Origin: an uncultured bacterium | Lineage (GTDB): Bacteria; Actinomycetota; Acidimicrobiia; Spongiisociales; UBA5794 | Assembly: GCA_963801165.1 (NCBI GenBank) | Contig: CAWDDT010000011.1 | Coordinates: 288,001 to 352,000, forward strand | Direction: 5' to 3' | Length of the DNA: 64,000 nt | In this document: in pieces, positions 26,372-36,465 of the stretch | Numbering within the stretch: position 1 is the first letter of the stretch | How the letters are laid out: every line of letters starts with the position of its first letter | The notes under the pieces: model-generated | Told to the model about the DNA's origin: nothing | Databases searched by the model: none | The model's input: only the letters and a program-made list of their open reading frames with translations | Made by a program: the position numbers and the translations under genes

Positions 26372-29300
26372 TTAAGGCCGGATTACCCCCGGCCCGGGGA
26401 AGGCCGCCGGCTCGACGTCGAGACTCGCCATCCTGCCTGCATAGACGCCGTATAGTCGGCGCGCCGCGCCATGCCGCCCGGCCGCCGCCATCGCCGACAC
26501 GAGACCGAGATGAGCCGGTTCGTGGTAGGGATCGCGTTCGAGCATACGCAGGTAGAGACGGGCGGCCGTGTCATGATCGCCTGCGGTTCTAGCAGCGTTC
26601 GCCAGCCGGCTGGTTATCTGAAGGTAGACGTTCCGGCACTCTTCACGCAGACCGACCGCCCAGTCGTCATAGGGCTGCTCCTCGAGGAAGTCGCCGACAT
26701 ACATTGCTTCGGCCCGCTGCATCTCAGCGAGACCCGCATCGACGCGACCGCGCCGGTGTAGATCGAGACCTGTGGCCGCGGCGCCGAGGAATTCCTCGAC
26801 ATCGATTGCGAGTGACCCGGTGTTGAGGGCGACCGACTCCTTGTCGGAGGACACGTAGCGGTCGGAAGGATGTGCCTTGTTGGGATCGAGAACGGTGCGG
26901 ATGGTGGAGATGGCAACTGAGAGCCGGTTGCCGGCCTTGGCGGGGTCGTCGCCCGGCCACAGAGCCTCGATGAGCACCTCCCGGTGCTGCGGCTTGCCCC
27001 GGGCGGCGATCAACATCTTGAGCAGGTCACGAGCTTTGCGGGATTGCCACGCCGATGTCCCCACCGCACGGCCGTCATGCTCCATCGCAAAGCCCCCGAG
27101 CGTCCGAACCTTCAACCGCGGCTGCGTCTCCTCCTCCAGATCGGCGATCAGGGCACGACCCGCTGCAGCCGCCCCGAGAGCGCCCAGCGTCTGCAACTGG
27201 GCGACCGCCTGCCGGGCCAGCGAGATTCCTTCCGCTCCCGAAATGAACCCGGCGCGGGCGAGGTCGACCCTGGCCGTGCCGAGCGGATCCGACAGCTCGG
27301 CCCATAGCGAGCGCGCCTGCGCCAGCAAATGCTCGGCGCGCTCCGGTGTCGCTGTGGCGGCCTCCAGCTCGAGGGCCTCGGCCAATCCGGGCCGGTCGCG
27401 CCGGGAGCGAGCGAGGTCCGCCGCCTGGGCTGCAAACGCCCGGGCCTTGTCGGGATCGTCTCTCTCTGCGACCCATCCCGCGGATAGAAGCGCCCCCACA
27501 TGACCGAGAACCGAGCCGTTGCCGGTGGCTCTATCCGCCAGCTTCGTCGCGCTCGCCGGATCATCCGCAACGAGCACCCTGGCAAGACCGGCAAGCGCCG
27601 GGACAAGACCCTGTAGGTCCTTGGCTTCCTCGCATAAGGCGATCGCCTGCTCGTATGCGGCGCGGGCCAAAGCGGTGTCGCCGCGGGCCCGGTAGACGTC
27701 ACCGAGGTGCGCCAGCGGATATGCCTCCAACCGTGATCCGGTGCGCCGGAACAGCGAACGTGCTTCCTCCAGGCCGGCCACAGCCTCTTCGAGCCGGCCC
27801 AGGTGGAACAGAGCCTGTGCCTGGTTGGACAGGGCGAGCGCACGAAAGGTAGCAAAACCCGTCGACTCGGCGAGTTGGAGGGCGATGTCGAGTTCGCCGA
27901 GCGCGTCCTCGTAGGCGCCCTCCTCGAGCTTGAGCGACCCACGGTTGGATCGGATGCGGATGGTCTGCAACACGTCCTGCGCCCGTTCGGCGTGCTCCAA
28001 TGCCCGCAAGTAGTGGGCATCGTTTGCAGATCGGTCGCCATCTAGTGCGGCAACCATCGCGATGACGGTATGCGCGGTCGCCAGCGCCGCTGAATCGTCG
28101 GCTCGACGCGCCAGCTTCAGGGCCCTGGTGGCGTTGGCGAGAGCGGCGTCCCTTTCGCCCCGGAGCCACTCGGCTCCCGCTGTCCAGCCAAGCAGCGCAG
28201 CCTCGTTGCTCAGGTCGGTCCCGTCGATGACCCCCCGGCCATATGTATCGAGGGCCACACCCACCTCGCCGCGCATGTGATGAAGCAGCCCCATCCGCCA
28301 CGCCACCGCGGCCGGGATCTCACCGGAAGGCGGCGCGATCGCGGCGTAGCACTCCAGGGCGCCCTCCCAATCGCCAAGCACCTGGCGGGCCTCCGCCTCC
28401 ACCAGTGTCAGGTCGGCCGTCCCGGTTGTGTCGGCGAGCCGCTCGATCGCCCCCACCACCTGGCTCGCCAACCCCGAGGAGAGCAGATCACGACTACGCC
28501 GCCTGATGAGCGCGGTGACCGCGGCTGCCTGCCCGCCGGTGAACAACGTCTCGATGGCGTCGTCGTAGTACCCGTTGGATTCGTACCATTCGGCCGCAGC
28601 CCGACACAACGTGGTCCGCTCTGCCTCTTCGAGAGGCTCGCGAGCGGCCATGAATTCCGCCATGAGCGGAGCGAGCGTGGCCGCGCCAGGTTCAGCCGGC
28701 GCATCGCTCAGGTAGACGCCCCGCCGCAGCGCTTCAGTCAATGTGGCGGGGTCGAAGCCGAGGTGACCGACAAGACCGGCGCCAAGCCAGGGCAGAAACG
28801 CAGCCACCCGGAGAAGGGCAACCACACCCTCCTGCTCTGCCGCCAACACCTCCTCAGCGAGATACTCGTACATCGGACCGCGGGCGGCTGGAGTCGGCTC
28901 GAGGCGAGTGAGGTCGGTGCTCATTGCGAGCGCCTGGACCGCAAGACGAACCGCCGCCGGCCAACCCGCGGTCTGTCGGTGAAGCTCGTCGGCAAGGGCG
29001 GTCGCTTCTTCTCCGACACTCGCCTCGAGTATCTCGGCAACCTCGTCCCGGGTAAAGGAGAGCGCGTCGGGTGGGATTTCTGCAACGTGACCATCGAGCC
29101 GGAGCCTGCCGATCGGGAAGGCCAGGGGCCGCCGCGAGGCAATGACGATATGCAGCCGGGCAGGAGCGTTCCGGCACACGCCGCCGACGAACCGTGCCAC
29201 GGCACGGTCATCGCCCGCGACATGGAAATCATCGAGGACGAGTGTCAAATCCCGCGTCAGCCGGGCATCGATCTCGGCGCAAAGCGTTCTCGCCAGTGCA

Positions 29301-29659
29301 TCGGCGCGGACAGTGCTGTCGGGGTCGGCGTCGGGACCGCGGGGTCCGTCGATGGCGAGCGAGAGGTCTGCGGAAATCGCAGGGACCACCAGCCGAATCT
29401 GATCGAGAATCGACCGGGCCATCGATGCCAGCACCCGATCCGCCGCGGTGACGACATGCACCAGAACGTCGAGCGATTCGCCCCACTGTGCGAGCAGCGT
29501 GGACTTCCCGAGCCCGGACCCGGCAATCATGGTGGTCAGCCGGCGCTCGGTGGCAGACGACAGCAACTCCTCCAGCCTGGGGCGACGAATGGTCGCCGTC
29601 TTCATCCACGTCACATCGACCGACCCCTCTCGACCGGGGTCAAGATAATCGGACGGCAC
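26372..29659 (-). CDS. MalT-like ATPase-TPR regulator with C-terminal wHTH-BTAD (start may be ~29612-29603)
   Basis: AGSGLGKSTLL, LVLDDFH, TAGWPAAVRL, TPR array, VRTLGGF...KARDLL..L, LERDPYHEPAHLGL. Confidence 0.85.
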   Translation of the reverse strand: MPSDYLDPGREGSVDVTWMKTATIRRPRLEELLSSATERRLTTMIAGSGLGKSTLLAQWGESLDVLVHVVTAADRVLASMARSILDQIRLVVPAISADLSLAIDGPRGPDADPDSTVRADALARTLCAEIDARLTRDLTLVLDDFHVAGDDRAVARFVGGVCRNAPARLHIVIASRRPLAFPIGRLRLDGHVAEIPPDALSFTRDEVAEILEASVGEEATALADELHRQTAGWPAAVRLAVQALAMSTDLTRLEPTPAARGPMYEYLAEEVLAAEQEGVVALLRVAAFLPWLGAGLVGHLGFDPATLTEALRRGVYLSDAPAEPGAATLAPLMAEFMAAREPLEEAERTTLCRAAAEWYESNGYYDDAIETLFTGGQAAAVTALIRRRSRDLLSSGLASQVVGAIERLADTTGTADLTLVEAEARQVLGDWEGALECYAAIAPPSGEIPAAVAWRMGLLHHMRGEVGVALDTYGRGVIDGTDLSNEAALLGWTAGAEWLRGERDAALANATRALKLARRADDSAALATAHTVIAMVAALDGDRSANDAHYLRALEHAERAQDVLQTIRIRSNRGSLKLEEGAYEDALGELDIALQLAESTGFATFRALALSNQAQALFHLGRLEEAVAGLEEARSLFRRTGSRLEAYPLAHLGDVYRARGDTALARAAYEQAIALCEEAKDLQGLVPALAGLARVLVADDPASATKLADRATGNGSVLGHVGALLSAGWVAERDDPDKARAFAAQAADLARSRRDRPGLAEALELEAATATPERAEHLLAQARSLWAELSDPLGTARVDLARAGFISGAEGISLARQAVAQLQTLGALGAAAAGRALIADLEEETQPRLKVRTLGGFAMEHDGRAVGTSAWQSRKARDLLKMLIAARGKPQHREVLIEALWPGDDPAKAGNRLSVAISTIRTVLDPNKAHPSDRYVSSDKESVALNTGSLAIDVEEFLGAAATGLDLHRRGRVDAGLAEMQRAEAMYVGDFLEEQPYDDWAVGLREECRNVYLQITSRLANAARTAGDHDTAARLYLRMLERDPYHEPAHLGLVSAMAAAGRHGAARRLYGVYAGRMASLDVEPAAFPGPGVIRP

Positions 29660-29849
29660 CGGCTAGACCCGGCTGGCAACCTGTGTCGGGTCACACGCAA
29701 CGCTGGAACATAGCTCCAGACGGGTGAGGCGCAGCCGTCGCGAAAGAAATACGGGCGCTGGACTTGCCGGGTGGCGCCGAAACCCGCTAGAAATGGACCT
29801 TCTTCCCCGCAAACACAGGCAAGGGATGCGCGCATCGAATGACCCTTGC

Positions 29850-29871
29850 GTAGTTACACCCGTGTAACTAC
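29850..29871. promoter_or_regulatory. Perfect 22-bp palindrome (candidate operator)
   Basis: GTAGTTACAC-CC-GTGTAACTAC in the divergent intergenic region upstream of nrdJ. Confidence 0.55.
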
Positions 29872-29885
29872 AATGAATTTCCCCT

Positions 29886-29934
29886 GCGCAACATGTTGGG
29901 CCTGAGTGGAGGACCTAGGCACAACATATTGTGG
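29886..29934 (+). promoter_or_regulatory. Tandem NrdR boxes
   Basis: GCGCAACATGTTGGGC (29886) and GCACAACATATTGTGG (29919) resemble the acaCwAtATaTwGtg consensus and lie upstream of an RNR gene. Confidence 0.72.
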
Positions 29935-29947
29935 TTGTTGATAAATC

Positions 29948-29956
29948 TGTGGATAA
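29948..29956 (-). promoter_or_regulatory. Consensus DnaA box
   Basis: TGTGGATAA (reverse complement TTATCCACA); a near-match TGTTGATAA lies at 29936. Confidence 0.6.
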
Positions 29957-29992
29957 GAGAGCGTCCTGGGACGTGACGGGAAGGGTGACAAC

Positions 29993-32900
29993 ATGGGTCA
30001 GGGTCTGACCATCGAACGCCGGTTCACGACGGCCGGGCGGGATGTTTACGAGACGGTCGAGTGGAGTCGTAGGGACTCCCGCATCACCAATCCGGACGGT
30101 TCGGTGGTCTTTGAGATGCGTGCGGCGGAGATTCCTGCGCAATGGTCTCAGGTCGCTGCCGACATCATGGTCTCGAAGTACTTCCGCAAGGCGGGCGTTC
30201 CCCAATTCGACGAGGACGGCGACCCTATCGTCGACGCCGACGGGAAGCCGGTGACCGGTCCGGAGCACTCGGCGAAGCAGGTCATCAAGCGACTCGCCTC
30301 AACGTGGCGGTGGTGGGGCGAGGAGAACGGCTACTTCGCCACCACGAAGGATGCCGAAGCCTTCGAGGACGAACTCGCGTACATGCTGCTTCACCAAATG
30401 GCGGCTCCCAACTCCCCACAGTGGTTCAACACAGGTCTCGCCCATGAGTACGGCATCACCGGCACCGAGCAGGGCTTCTGGTACGTCGACCCCGAGACCG
30501 AGGAAGTCGTCGCCGGCAAAGATTCCTACAGCCGCCCCGCCCCCCACGCCTGCTTCATTAATTCGGTCGATGACGACCTGGTCAACCCGGGCGGCATCAT
30601 GGACCTGTGGGTGCGCGAGGCGCGCCTGTTCAAGATGGGCGCCGGCTCGGGAGCCAACTTCTCCAACATCCGCGCCGAGGGAGAACAGCTCTCGGGTGGC
30701 GGCAAATCATCCGGCCTGATGTCGTTTCTCAAGGTGGGCGATCGGGCCGCCGGCGCAATCAAGTCGGGAGGTACGACCCGGCGCGCAGCCAAGATGGTGA
30801 TCGTCGACATCGACCATCCCGACATCGAGAAGTTCATCAGTTGGAAGGCCGAGGAGGAGAAGAAGGTCAGGGCGATGGTCGCCAGCGGCTACTCCTCCGA
30901 CTTCAACGGTGAGGCATATGCCACCGTATCGGGTCAGAACTCAAACAACTCTGTGCGTCTCTCCAACGCGTTCCTGAACGCGGTGATGCATGATGCCGAA
31001 TGGGATCTGCTTTCCCGCACCGACCACTCGGTCATGAAGACCGTCAAGGCCCGCGATCTGTGGAACCAGATCGCCGATGCGGCCTGGCAATCCGCCGACC
31101 CCGGTCTCCAGTTCCACGGCACGATCAACGAGTGGCATACCAGCCCGGCCGAGGGCGAGATCAGGGCATCTAACCCATGCAGTGAATACCTTTTTCTGGA
31201 TAATACCGCATGCAACCTGGCGAGCTTGAACCTGGGCAAGTTCTACGACGACCACACCGGAAGCTTCGACCTCGCTACCTATCAGCATGCGATCAGGCTG
31301 TGGACGATCGTCCTCGAGATCTCGGTGACGATGGCGCAGTTCCCGTCGCGGGAGATCGCCATCGGCAGCTACGACTACCGGACGCTCGGGCTCGGCTATG
31401 CCAACCTGGGCTCGCTGCTGATGCGGATGGGTATCCCCTACGACTCGGATCACGGTCGGGCCATTGCCGGAGCGCTGACTGCCATCCTCACCGGGTACGC
31501 CTACGCCACCTCCGCCGAGATGGCAGGAGTGCTGGGCCCGTTCCCAAAGTACGGGATCAACCGTGACTCGATGTTGCGGGTCATCCGCAACCACCGTCGC
31601 GCCGCCTACAACAAGGACCGGGGCGACTACGAGGGCATCAACCATCTCGTGATGGGCATCAACAGCGGGCTCAGCCCTCTCGACATGCTCGAGGCCGCCC
31701 GGACGGCGTGGGATACCGCCCTCACCTGGGGTGAGCAGCACGGCTTTCGCAACGCCCAGGTCTCGGTGCTCGCTCCTACGGGCTGTGTCGTCGGGGGGTC
31801 GCTCATCCCGACCGAGCGTGGCCTCGTCCGTCTGGCGTCGCTCGGTGACCCAACTGGAGACGAGTGGCAGGACCTCGGTATCAGCGTCGCGACAGATGAG
31901 GGTCCCCGCGAAGCATCGCAGTTCTACCTCAACGGTGTCGAAGATGTCGTCACAATCGATACCAAGCGCGGCTATCGCATCCAGGGAACACCGTCCCACA
32001 GGATCAAGGTGGTCACCTCCTCAGGCGACTGGGTGTGGAAGCGCTTCGGCGAGATCCAGCCCGATGAGCTGGTTCCGCTCCAGCTCAACCAGCTCATCGG
32101 CGAACCGCAGATCGTCACTCTGCCTCCGCTGGCGGAAGCGTATTGGACTTCGGACTACACGACGACCGTTCCGCGCTCGATGAACACTGAGCTGGCCGAG
32201 TTCCTCGGCTACTTCATGGGTGACGGCTCACTCCACAGCAAGGGCATTCGACTCGCGGTCGCACAGGACGACTTTGACGTCGTCGAGCGTCTCAAGTTTC
32301 TCGGCAAGGAGCTGTTCGGCCTCGAGGCGCACACGACAGCCAAGACCGGATACACGGAGGTCGCTTTCCATTCCGTTCGACTCACGCTCTGGTGGGAAGC
32401 TTGCGGTTTCGCCAAGCAGGAACCGACCGAGGGACACGGCGGCAAGGGCTACCACCCGCATATCCCAGATGCGGTGTTGCACAGCAACGATCGCCGCGTA
32501 TATGCCGCGTTCGCTCGCGGCCTGTTCGAGGCTGATGGGACCGTTGCGGCGGGCGCCTACCCAAGCTGGTCAACCACCTCACTGGAGTTCTCACGCGACA
32601 TGCAATCACTGTTGCTCGCGATGGGCTACCCAACGACACGTAAGCTCGATCGCACCGGCTGGGGTGACTCGGATCTCGCCGTGCTCAGAGTCCTGAACCT
32701 GTCGAACAACGACGCGTGGGCGCAAGAGATCGGTTTCATGAGCACGCGGAAACAGAGCGCCATCGCAACCGGAGACCATCCACAGACGGCTCGTCACGAC
32801 CACATCCCGGTTACCCGTGAGCTCATCGAAAGCCTCGCACCCGACAACGACCACCTGCGCAGAACGCTGCTCCTCAGCCTGTCGCGCATCGGGATGGTCT

Positions 32901-35900
32901 CGCGTCGCTCCGCCGAAAAGTTGTTGGCCCGTACGGGTGATGCCGAGCTGGCCCACTTGCTGGGGTTCTTCTACGACCGGGTGGCCAGTGCAGAGCTGGG
33001 AGAGGAGCAGTACACATTTGATCTCTCAGTACCCGACAACGTCACATACGTGGCCAACGGATTCGTCTCCCACAACACCATCGGCCTTTTGATGGATTGT
33101 GACACCACCGGTGTCGAGCCCGACTTCGCCCTGGTGAAGTTCAAGAAGCTCGCCGGCGGTGGGTACTTCAAGATCGCCAATCAGTCGATTGCCCCGGCGC
33201 TGCGACGACTCGGCTACTCGGACAACACGATCCAGAGCATCATCGAGTACGTGGTCGGCACCAACTCGCTGGCCCGGTCGCCCCATGTCAACATGGCGAC
33301 GCTGATCGCCAAGGGCTTCACCGCCGACGACCTCGACAAGATCGACGCGGTGTTGCCCGGTGTCTTCGAGATCGGCTTCGCCTTCAACCAGTGGACCCTC
33401 GGCCAAGACGTGATGCTGCGGCTCGGCTTCACGCCGGACCAATACAACGACCCCGGGTTCTCGATGCTGAAGGCGCTCGGGTACACCGACGCTGAGATCC
33501 AGGAAGCCAACGACTACATCTGCGGACACCAGACCATCGAAGGCGCACCGCATCTCCGTGACGAGCATCTGGCGGTGTTCGACACGGCTAACCGCAACGG
33601 CCGGATCGGCAAGCGGTTCATCCATCACACGGGTCACATCAAGATGATGGCCGCGGCACAGCCTTTCATTTCGGGCGCGATCAGCAAATGTGTCACCGGC
33701 GAGACGCTGTTGGCGACTGCAGATGGTCTGGTGAGGATCGGCGGCCTCCACCGCGGAGAAGCTCCCGACACGTTCCGCGACGAGATCGTCGAGGTGGCCT
33801 CGATCAATGGAACCCAGAAGACCGATGCGTTCTACTACGGCGGGGTGCGCTTGGTTCGGACCGCTACGTTGCGTTCCGGACATCGGGTGACGGGCACCCC
33901 CAACCATCGGCTGCTCACGGCACGAGACGGAACGCTCGTGTGGCGTCGGCTCGACGAGATCGAGGAGGGTGAGTATGTAGCTACTGCGTACGGAGCCGAT
34001 CTCTGGTCGACCACGCCATTCCGCTTCGACGACTTCGTCCCAGCCGATCCGCACGGCAACCAGAAGACCGTCGATATCCCGGTGGAGATGACCGAGGAAC
34101 TCGCCTTCCTGTTGGGCGCGTACGCGGCCGAAGGTCACACGACCAGGACCAACTGGACGATCACGATCACCAACGCCGACGAGGGTGTGCTGCAACGGGT
34201 GGCTGCGGCATGGCGCGGCGAGTTCCATGTTGAGCCGCGTATCAAGCGCCAGAGAGGCAAATGCCCGGCTGTTGTGGCTTCCTCCAAGCGAATCGTCGAG
34301 TTCCTCGAATACCTGGGCTCGGGACGAGTTGCTACCGAGAAGAGGATCCCCGACGCCGTGCTGCGGTCTCCCCGTCACATGGTGTTGTCTTTCCTCACCG
34401 GTATGTACCTCGACGGGTACACGATCGCCAAGGGCACCAACAACAAGATGGCGATCTGCGTCGCGTCCAACGGACTACTCGATGATCTCCAGGCCGTGCT
34501 CACCAACCTGGGTGTGGTCCACAACCGCATCACGAAGCACAACACCGAGTACGACAGAGACTTCGACGAGGTGATCGCTTCGGGACGCGAGGCGCGGAAG
34601 CTGGCCAAGCTCGTACCCTTCGCCGAAGTATCGAAGCGACGTCGGGCTGAAGATCTACTCCAGCAAGAGTACGCCCAGAGCACCGCCGATATCGTGCCAG
34701 GCCTCGATCCGAAGGATCTTTACGAGCTGATCCCGCACGGCCTGTCGGGTCGCAACGGGTGGGGTGAGCGGAGTCGTTTCTCTTTCCTGCTTGATCCGCG
34801 TACCAAGAATATTTCTCGCCGGACGCTCGAGCGCGTGGCGATGCTTCCGATGGTCGACTTGCCCGAGTGGTTGCATACCATCCTCGCCGACGGGCTTCAC
34901 TTCTCACCGGTCACCGCCGTGACGGACGCTGGCGAACGAGATGTGTACGACATTTCCGTACCGACAACCCACGCCTTCGTCGGCAACGGGATCGTGAACC
35001 ACAACACGATAAACATGCCCAACGAGGTGACCCGCGAGGACATCGCCGAGTCGTACAAGATGTCCTGGGAGTTGGGTCTCAAGGCCATGGCCATCTACCG
35101 CGACGGCTCCAAGGCGTCACAGCCGCTGTCGTCGCAGTCTGACGACGGGTACGCCGACGACGAGCCCGAGGAGCTCGAGGAAGCGCTCAGCGATGAGCTG
35201 GAGCTGGTCTCACATGGCAAGGTGCCCTGGCACGACATCATGCGGCCGGGAATCTCACCGACGGAGGCGTACGCCGACATCAAGCGGCCCCGCTTCTTGC
35301 TCCCCGGTCGACGTGCCGGCTACACGCAGGAGGCCCGGGTAGGTGGCCACAAGGTGTTCGTCCGCACCGGCGAGTACGAGGACGGGACGCTCGGTGAGCT
35401 GTTCATCGATCTGGCCAAAGAAGGTGCCACGTTGCGCGGCATTCTCTCCTGCTTCGCCATCGCGGTCAGCAAGGGTCTCCAATACGGCGTGCCGCTCGAG
35501 GAGTACGTGGACACGTTTACGTTCCAGACGTTCGAACCGCGCGGCATGGTCGAAGGTCACCCGAACATCAAGATGGCCAACTCGCTCATCGACTACGTCT
35601 TCCGGGCACTAGGGGTCGAGTACCTGAAGCGTGACGAACTGGCCCAGGTGCCACCCGATCGCAGCCGTGAGCTGCCCGAACCGCCAAAGGGCTTGGCCGT
35701 CGACGCCGGCATCCAGCTGGACCTCACCGACGCCGAGGCCGAGGTTGCGGTCGACGCGACCGTGGCGGCAGCCAGGTTCGCCGACGGTGAGGTGGTCGCT
35801 CCGGTGAGCGGAGGCTCCGGCAAGATCGAGACGTCGCAGGATGCCTACCGCAACAGCGGTGCGATCTCGACCGGCCCTGCGGCGGGCAATGGTGGCGTCG

Positions 35901-36055
35901 CCACAGCGGCGGCGATCCAGCAGAAGGCGATGCAGGTGGCAATGGCAGACAAAATGGGCGACGCCCCGCTGTGCGACACGTGCGGCGCCATCACGGTCCG
36001 CAACGGAAGCTGCTACGTCTGCCTTGGCTGCGGCGGGACCACAGGATGTAGCTGA
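29993..36055 (+). CDS. nrdJ: Adenosylcobalamin-dependent class II ribonucleotide reductase with two inteins, a TSCPD region and a C-terminal Zn ribbon
   Basis: PNSPQWFNTGL, PHACFI, IKSGGTTRRAAKM, ASNPCSEY, ACNLASLN, APTG/TI, AISK/TINMP, YRDGSK, CDTC...CYVCLGCG. Spliced product is 1150 aa (2020-431-439). Confidence 0.95.
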   Translation: MGQGLTIERRFTTAGRDVYETVEWSRRDSRITNPDGSVVFEMRAAEIPAQWSQVAADIMVSKYFRKAGVPQFDEDGDPIVDADGKPVTGPEHSAKQVIKRLASTWRWWGEENGYFATTKDAEAFEDELAYMLLHQMAAPNSPQWFNTGLAHEYGITGTEQGFWYVDPETEEVVAGKDSYSRPAPHACFINSVDDDLVNPGGIMDLWVREARLFKMGAGSGANFSNIRAEGEQLSGGGKSSGLMSFLKVGDRAAGAIKSGGTTRRAAKMVIVDIDHPDIEKFISWKAEEEKKVRAMVASGYSSDFNGEAYATVSGQNSNNSVRLSNAFLNAVMHDAEWDLLSRTDHSVMKTVKARDLWNQIADAAWQSADPGLQFHGTINEWHTSPAEGEIRASNPCSEYLFLDNTACNLASLNLGKFYDDHTGSFDLATYQHAIRLWTIVLEISVTMAQFPSREIAIGSYDYRTLGLGYANLGSLLMRMGIPYDSDHGRAIAGALTAILTGYAYATSAEMAGVLGPFPKYGINRDSMLRVIRNHRRAAYNKDRGDYEGINHLVMGINSGLSPLDMLEAARTAWDTALTWGEQHGFRNAQVSVLAPTGCVVGGSLIPTERGLVRLASLGDPTGDEWQDLGISVATDEGPREASQFYLNGVEDVVTIDTKRGYRIQGTPSHRIKVVTSSGDWVWKRFGEIQPDELVPLQLNQLIGEPQIVTLPPLAEAYWTSDYTTTVPRSMNTELAEFLGYFMGDGSLHSKGIRLAVAQDDFDVVERLKFLGKELFGLEAHTTAKTGYTEVAFHSVRLTLWWEACGFAKQEPTEGHGGKGYHPHIPDAVLHSNDRRVYAAFARGLFEADGTVAAGAYPSWSTTSLEFSRDMQSLLLAMGYPTTRKLDRTGWGDSDLAVLRVLNLSNNDAWAQEIGFMSTRKQSAIATGDHPQTARHDHIPVTRELIESLAPDNDHLRRTLLLSLSRIGMVSRRSAEKLLARTGDAELAHLLGFFYDRVASAELGEEQYTFDLSVPDNVTYVANGFVSHNTIGLLMDCDTTGVEPDFALVKFKKLAGGGYFKIANQSIAPALRRLGYSDNTIQSIIEYVVGTNSLARSPHVNMATLIAKGFTADDLDKIDAVLPGVFEIGFAFNQWTLGQDVMLRLGFTPDQYNDPGFSMLKALGYTDAEIQEANDYICGHQTIEGAPHLRDEHLAVFDTANRNGRIGKRFIHHTGHIKMMAAAQPFISGAISKCVTGETLLATADGLVRIGGLHRGEAPDTFRDEIVEVASINGTQKTDAFYYGGVRLVRTATLRSGHRVTGTPNHRLLTARDGTLVWRRLDEIEEGEYVATAYGADLWSTTPFRFDDFVPADPHGNQKTVDIPVEMTEELAFLLGAYAAEGHTTRTNWTITITNADEGVLQRVAAAWRGEFHVEPRIKRQRGKCPAVVASSKRIVEFLEYLGSGRVATEKRIPDAVLRSPRHMVLSFLTGMYLDGYTIAKGTNNKMAICVASNGLLDDLQAVLTNLGVVHNRITKHNTEYDRDFDEVIASGREARKLAKLVPFAEVSKRRRAEDLLQQEYAQSTADIVPGLDPKDLYELIPHGLSGRNGWGERSRFSFLLDPRTKNISRRTLERVAMLPMVDLPEWLHTILADGLHFSPVTAVTDAGERDVYDISVPTTHAFVGNGIVNHNTINMPNEVTREDIAESYKMSWELGLKAMAIYRDGSKASQPLSSQSDDGYADDEPEELEEALSDELELVSHGKVPWHDIMRPGISPTEAYADIKRPRFLLPGRRAGYTQEARVGGHKVFVRTGEYEDGTLGELFIDLAKEGATLRGILSCFAIAVSKGLQYGVPLEEYVDTFTFQTFEPRGMVEGHPNIKMANSLIDYVFRALGVEYLKRDELAQVPPDRSRELPEPPKGLAVDAGIQLDLTDAEAEVAVDATVAAARFADGEVVAPVSGGSGKIETSQDAYRNSGAISTGPAAGNGGVATAAAIQQKAMQVAMADKMGDAPLCDTCGAITVRNGSCYVCLGCGGTTGCS
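31784..33076 (+). mobile_element. Intein 1 (431 aa) with LAGLIDADG homing endonuclease
   Basis: APTG|CVVGGSLI...YVANGFVSHN|TIG; block B GTPSHRI; endonuclease motifs LAEFLGYFMGDG and FARGLFEADG. Confidence 0.93.
33689..35005 (+). mobile_element. Intein 2 (439 aa) with LAGLIDADG homing endonuclease
   Basis: AISK|CVTGETLL...AFVGNGIVNHN|TIN; block B GTPNHRL; LAFLLGAYAAEG and FLTGMYLDG. Confidence 0.93.
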
Positions 36056-36101
36056 GCGGCGTGTCTCTTCGAGACACGTCAAGGAAGGCAATCCAGCTAT
36101 G

Positions 36102-36132
36102 AGTTGAGGGGCCCGTGCGGGGCCCCTCAACT
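36102..36132. terminator. Terminator-like hairpin after nrdJ
   Basis: AGTTGAGGGGCCC-GTGCG-GGGCCCCTCAACT; a second small hairpin CGTGTCTC-TTC-GAGACACG at 36060-36078. Confidence 0.7.
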
Positions 36133-36148
36133 GCACTCACCACCGTTC

Positions 36149-36460
36149 TCAGAGCTTGTGGTCGAAGAGGAAGTCGAGGATCACGCCGGTCGGGTATTTC
36201 GTCCAGCGATGACCGCCGAACTCGAGCAAAACGGTCTCGACATCGGCACCGTCGGCGCAGCCGTGGTACTCGGAGATGTCGTACGCCAGGTCATCGACCG
36301 CCACCGGGTTGAGCTGACAACCATTGTGCTCCGCCCACATGTCGACATAGTCGGCGGGATTCAGTGTGATCGCTGCGACCATGGCGGTCTGGGCCTCGTC
36401 CGCTCCGAGGCGCCGCACGGATTCCGCGACAACTCCTGGTTCGGCACCCTCGAGCAAACC
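36149..36460 (-). pseudogene. C-terminal remnant of an LpqC/PHB-depolymerase-like esterase
   Basis: WAEHNGC...YHGCADGADV...GGHRW...ILDFLFDH; no N-terminal GxSxG half is present. Confidence 0.6.
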
Positions 36461-36465
36461 AGGGT

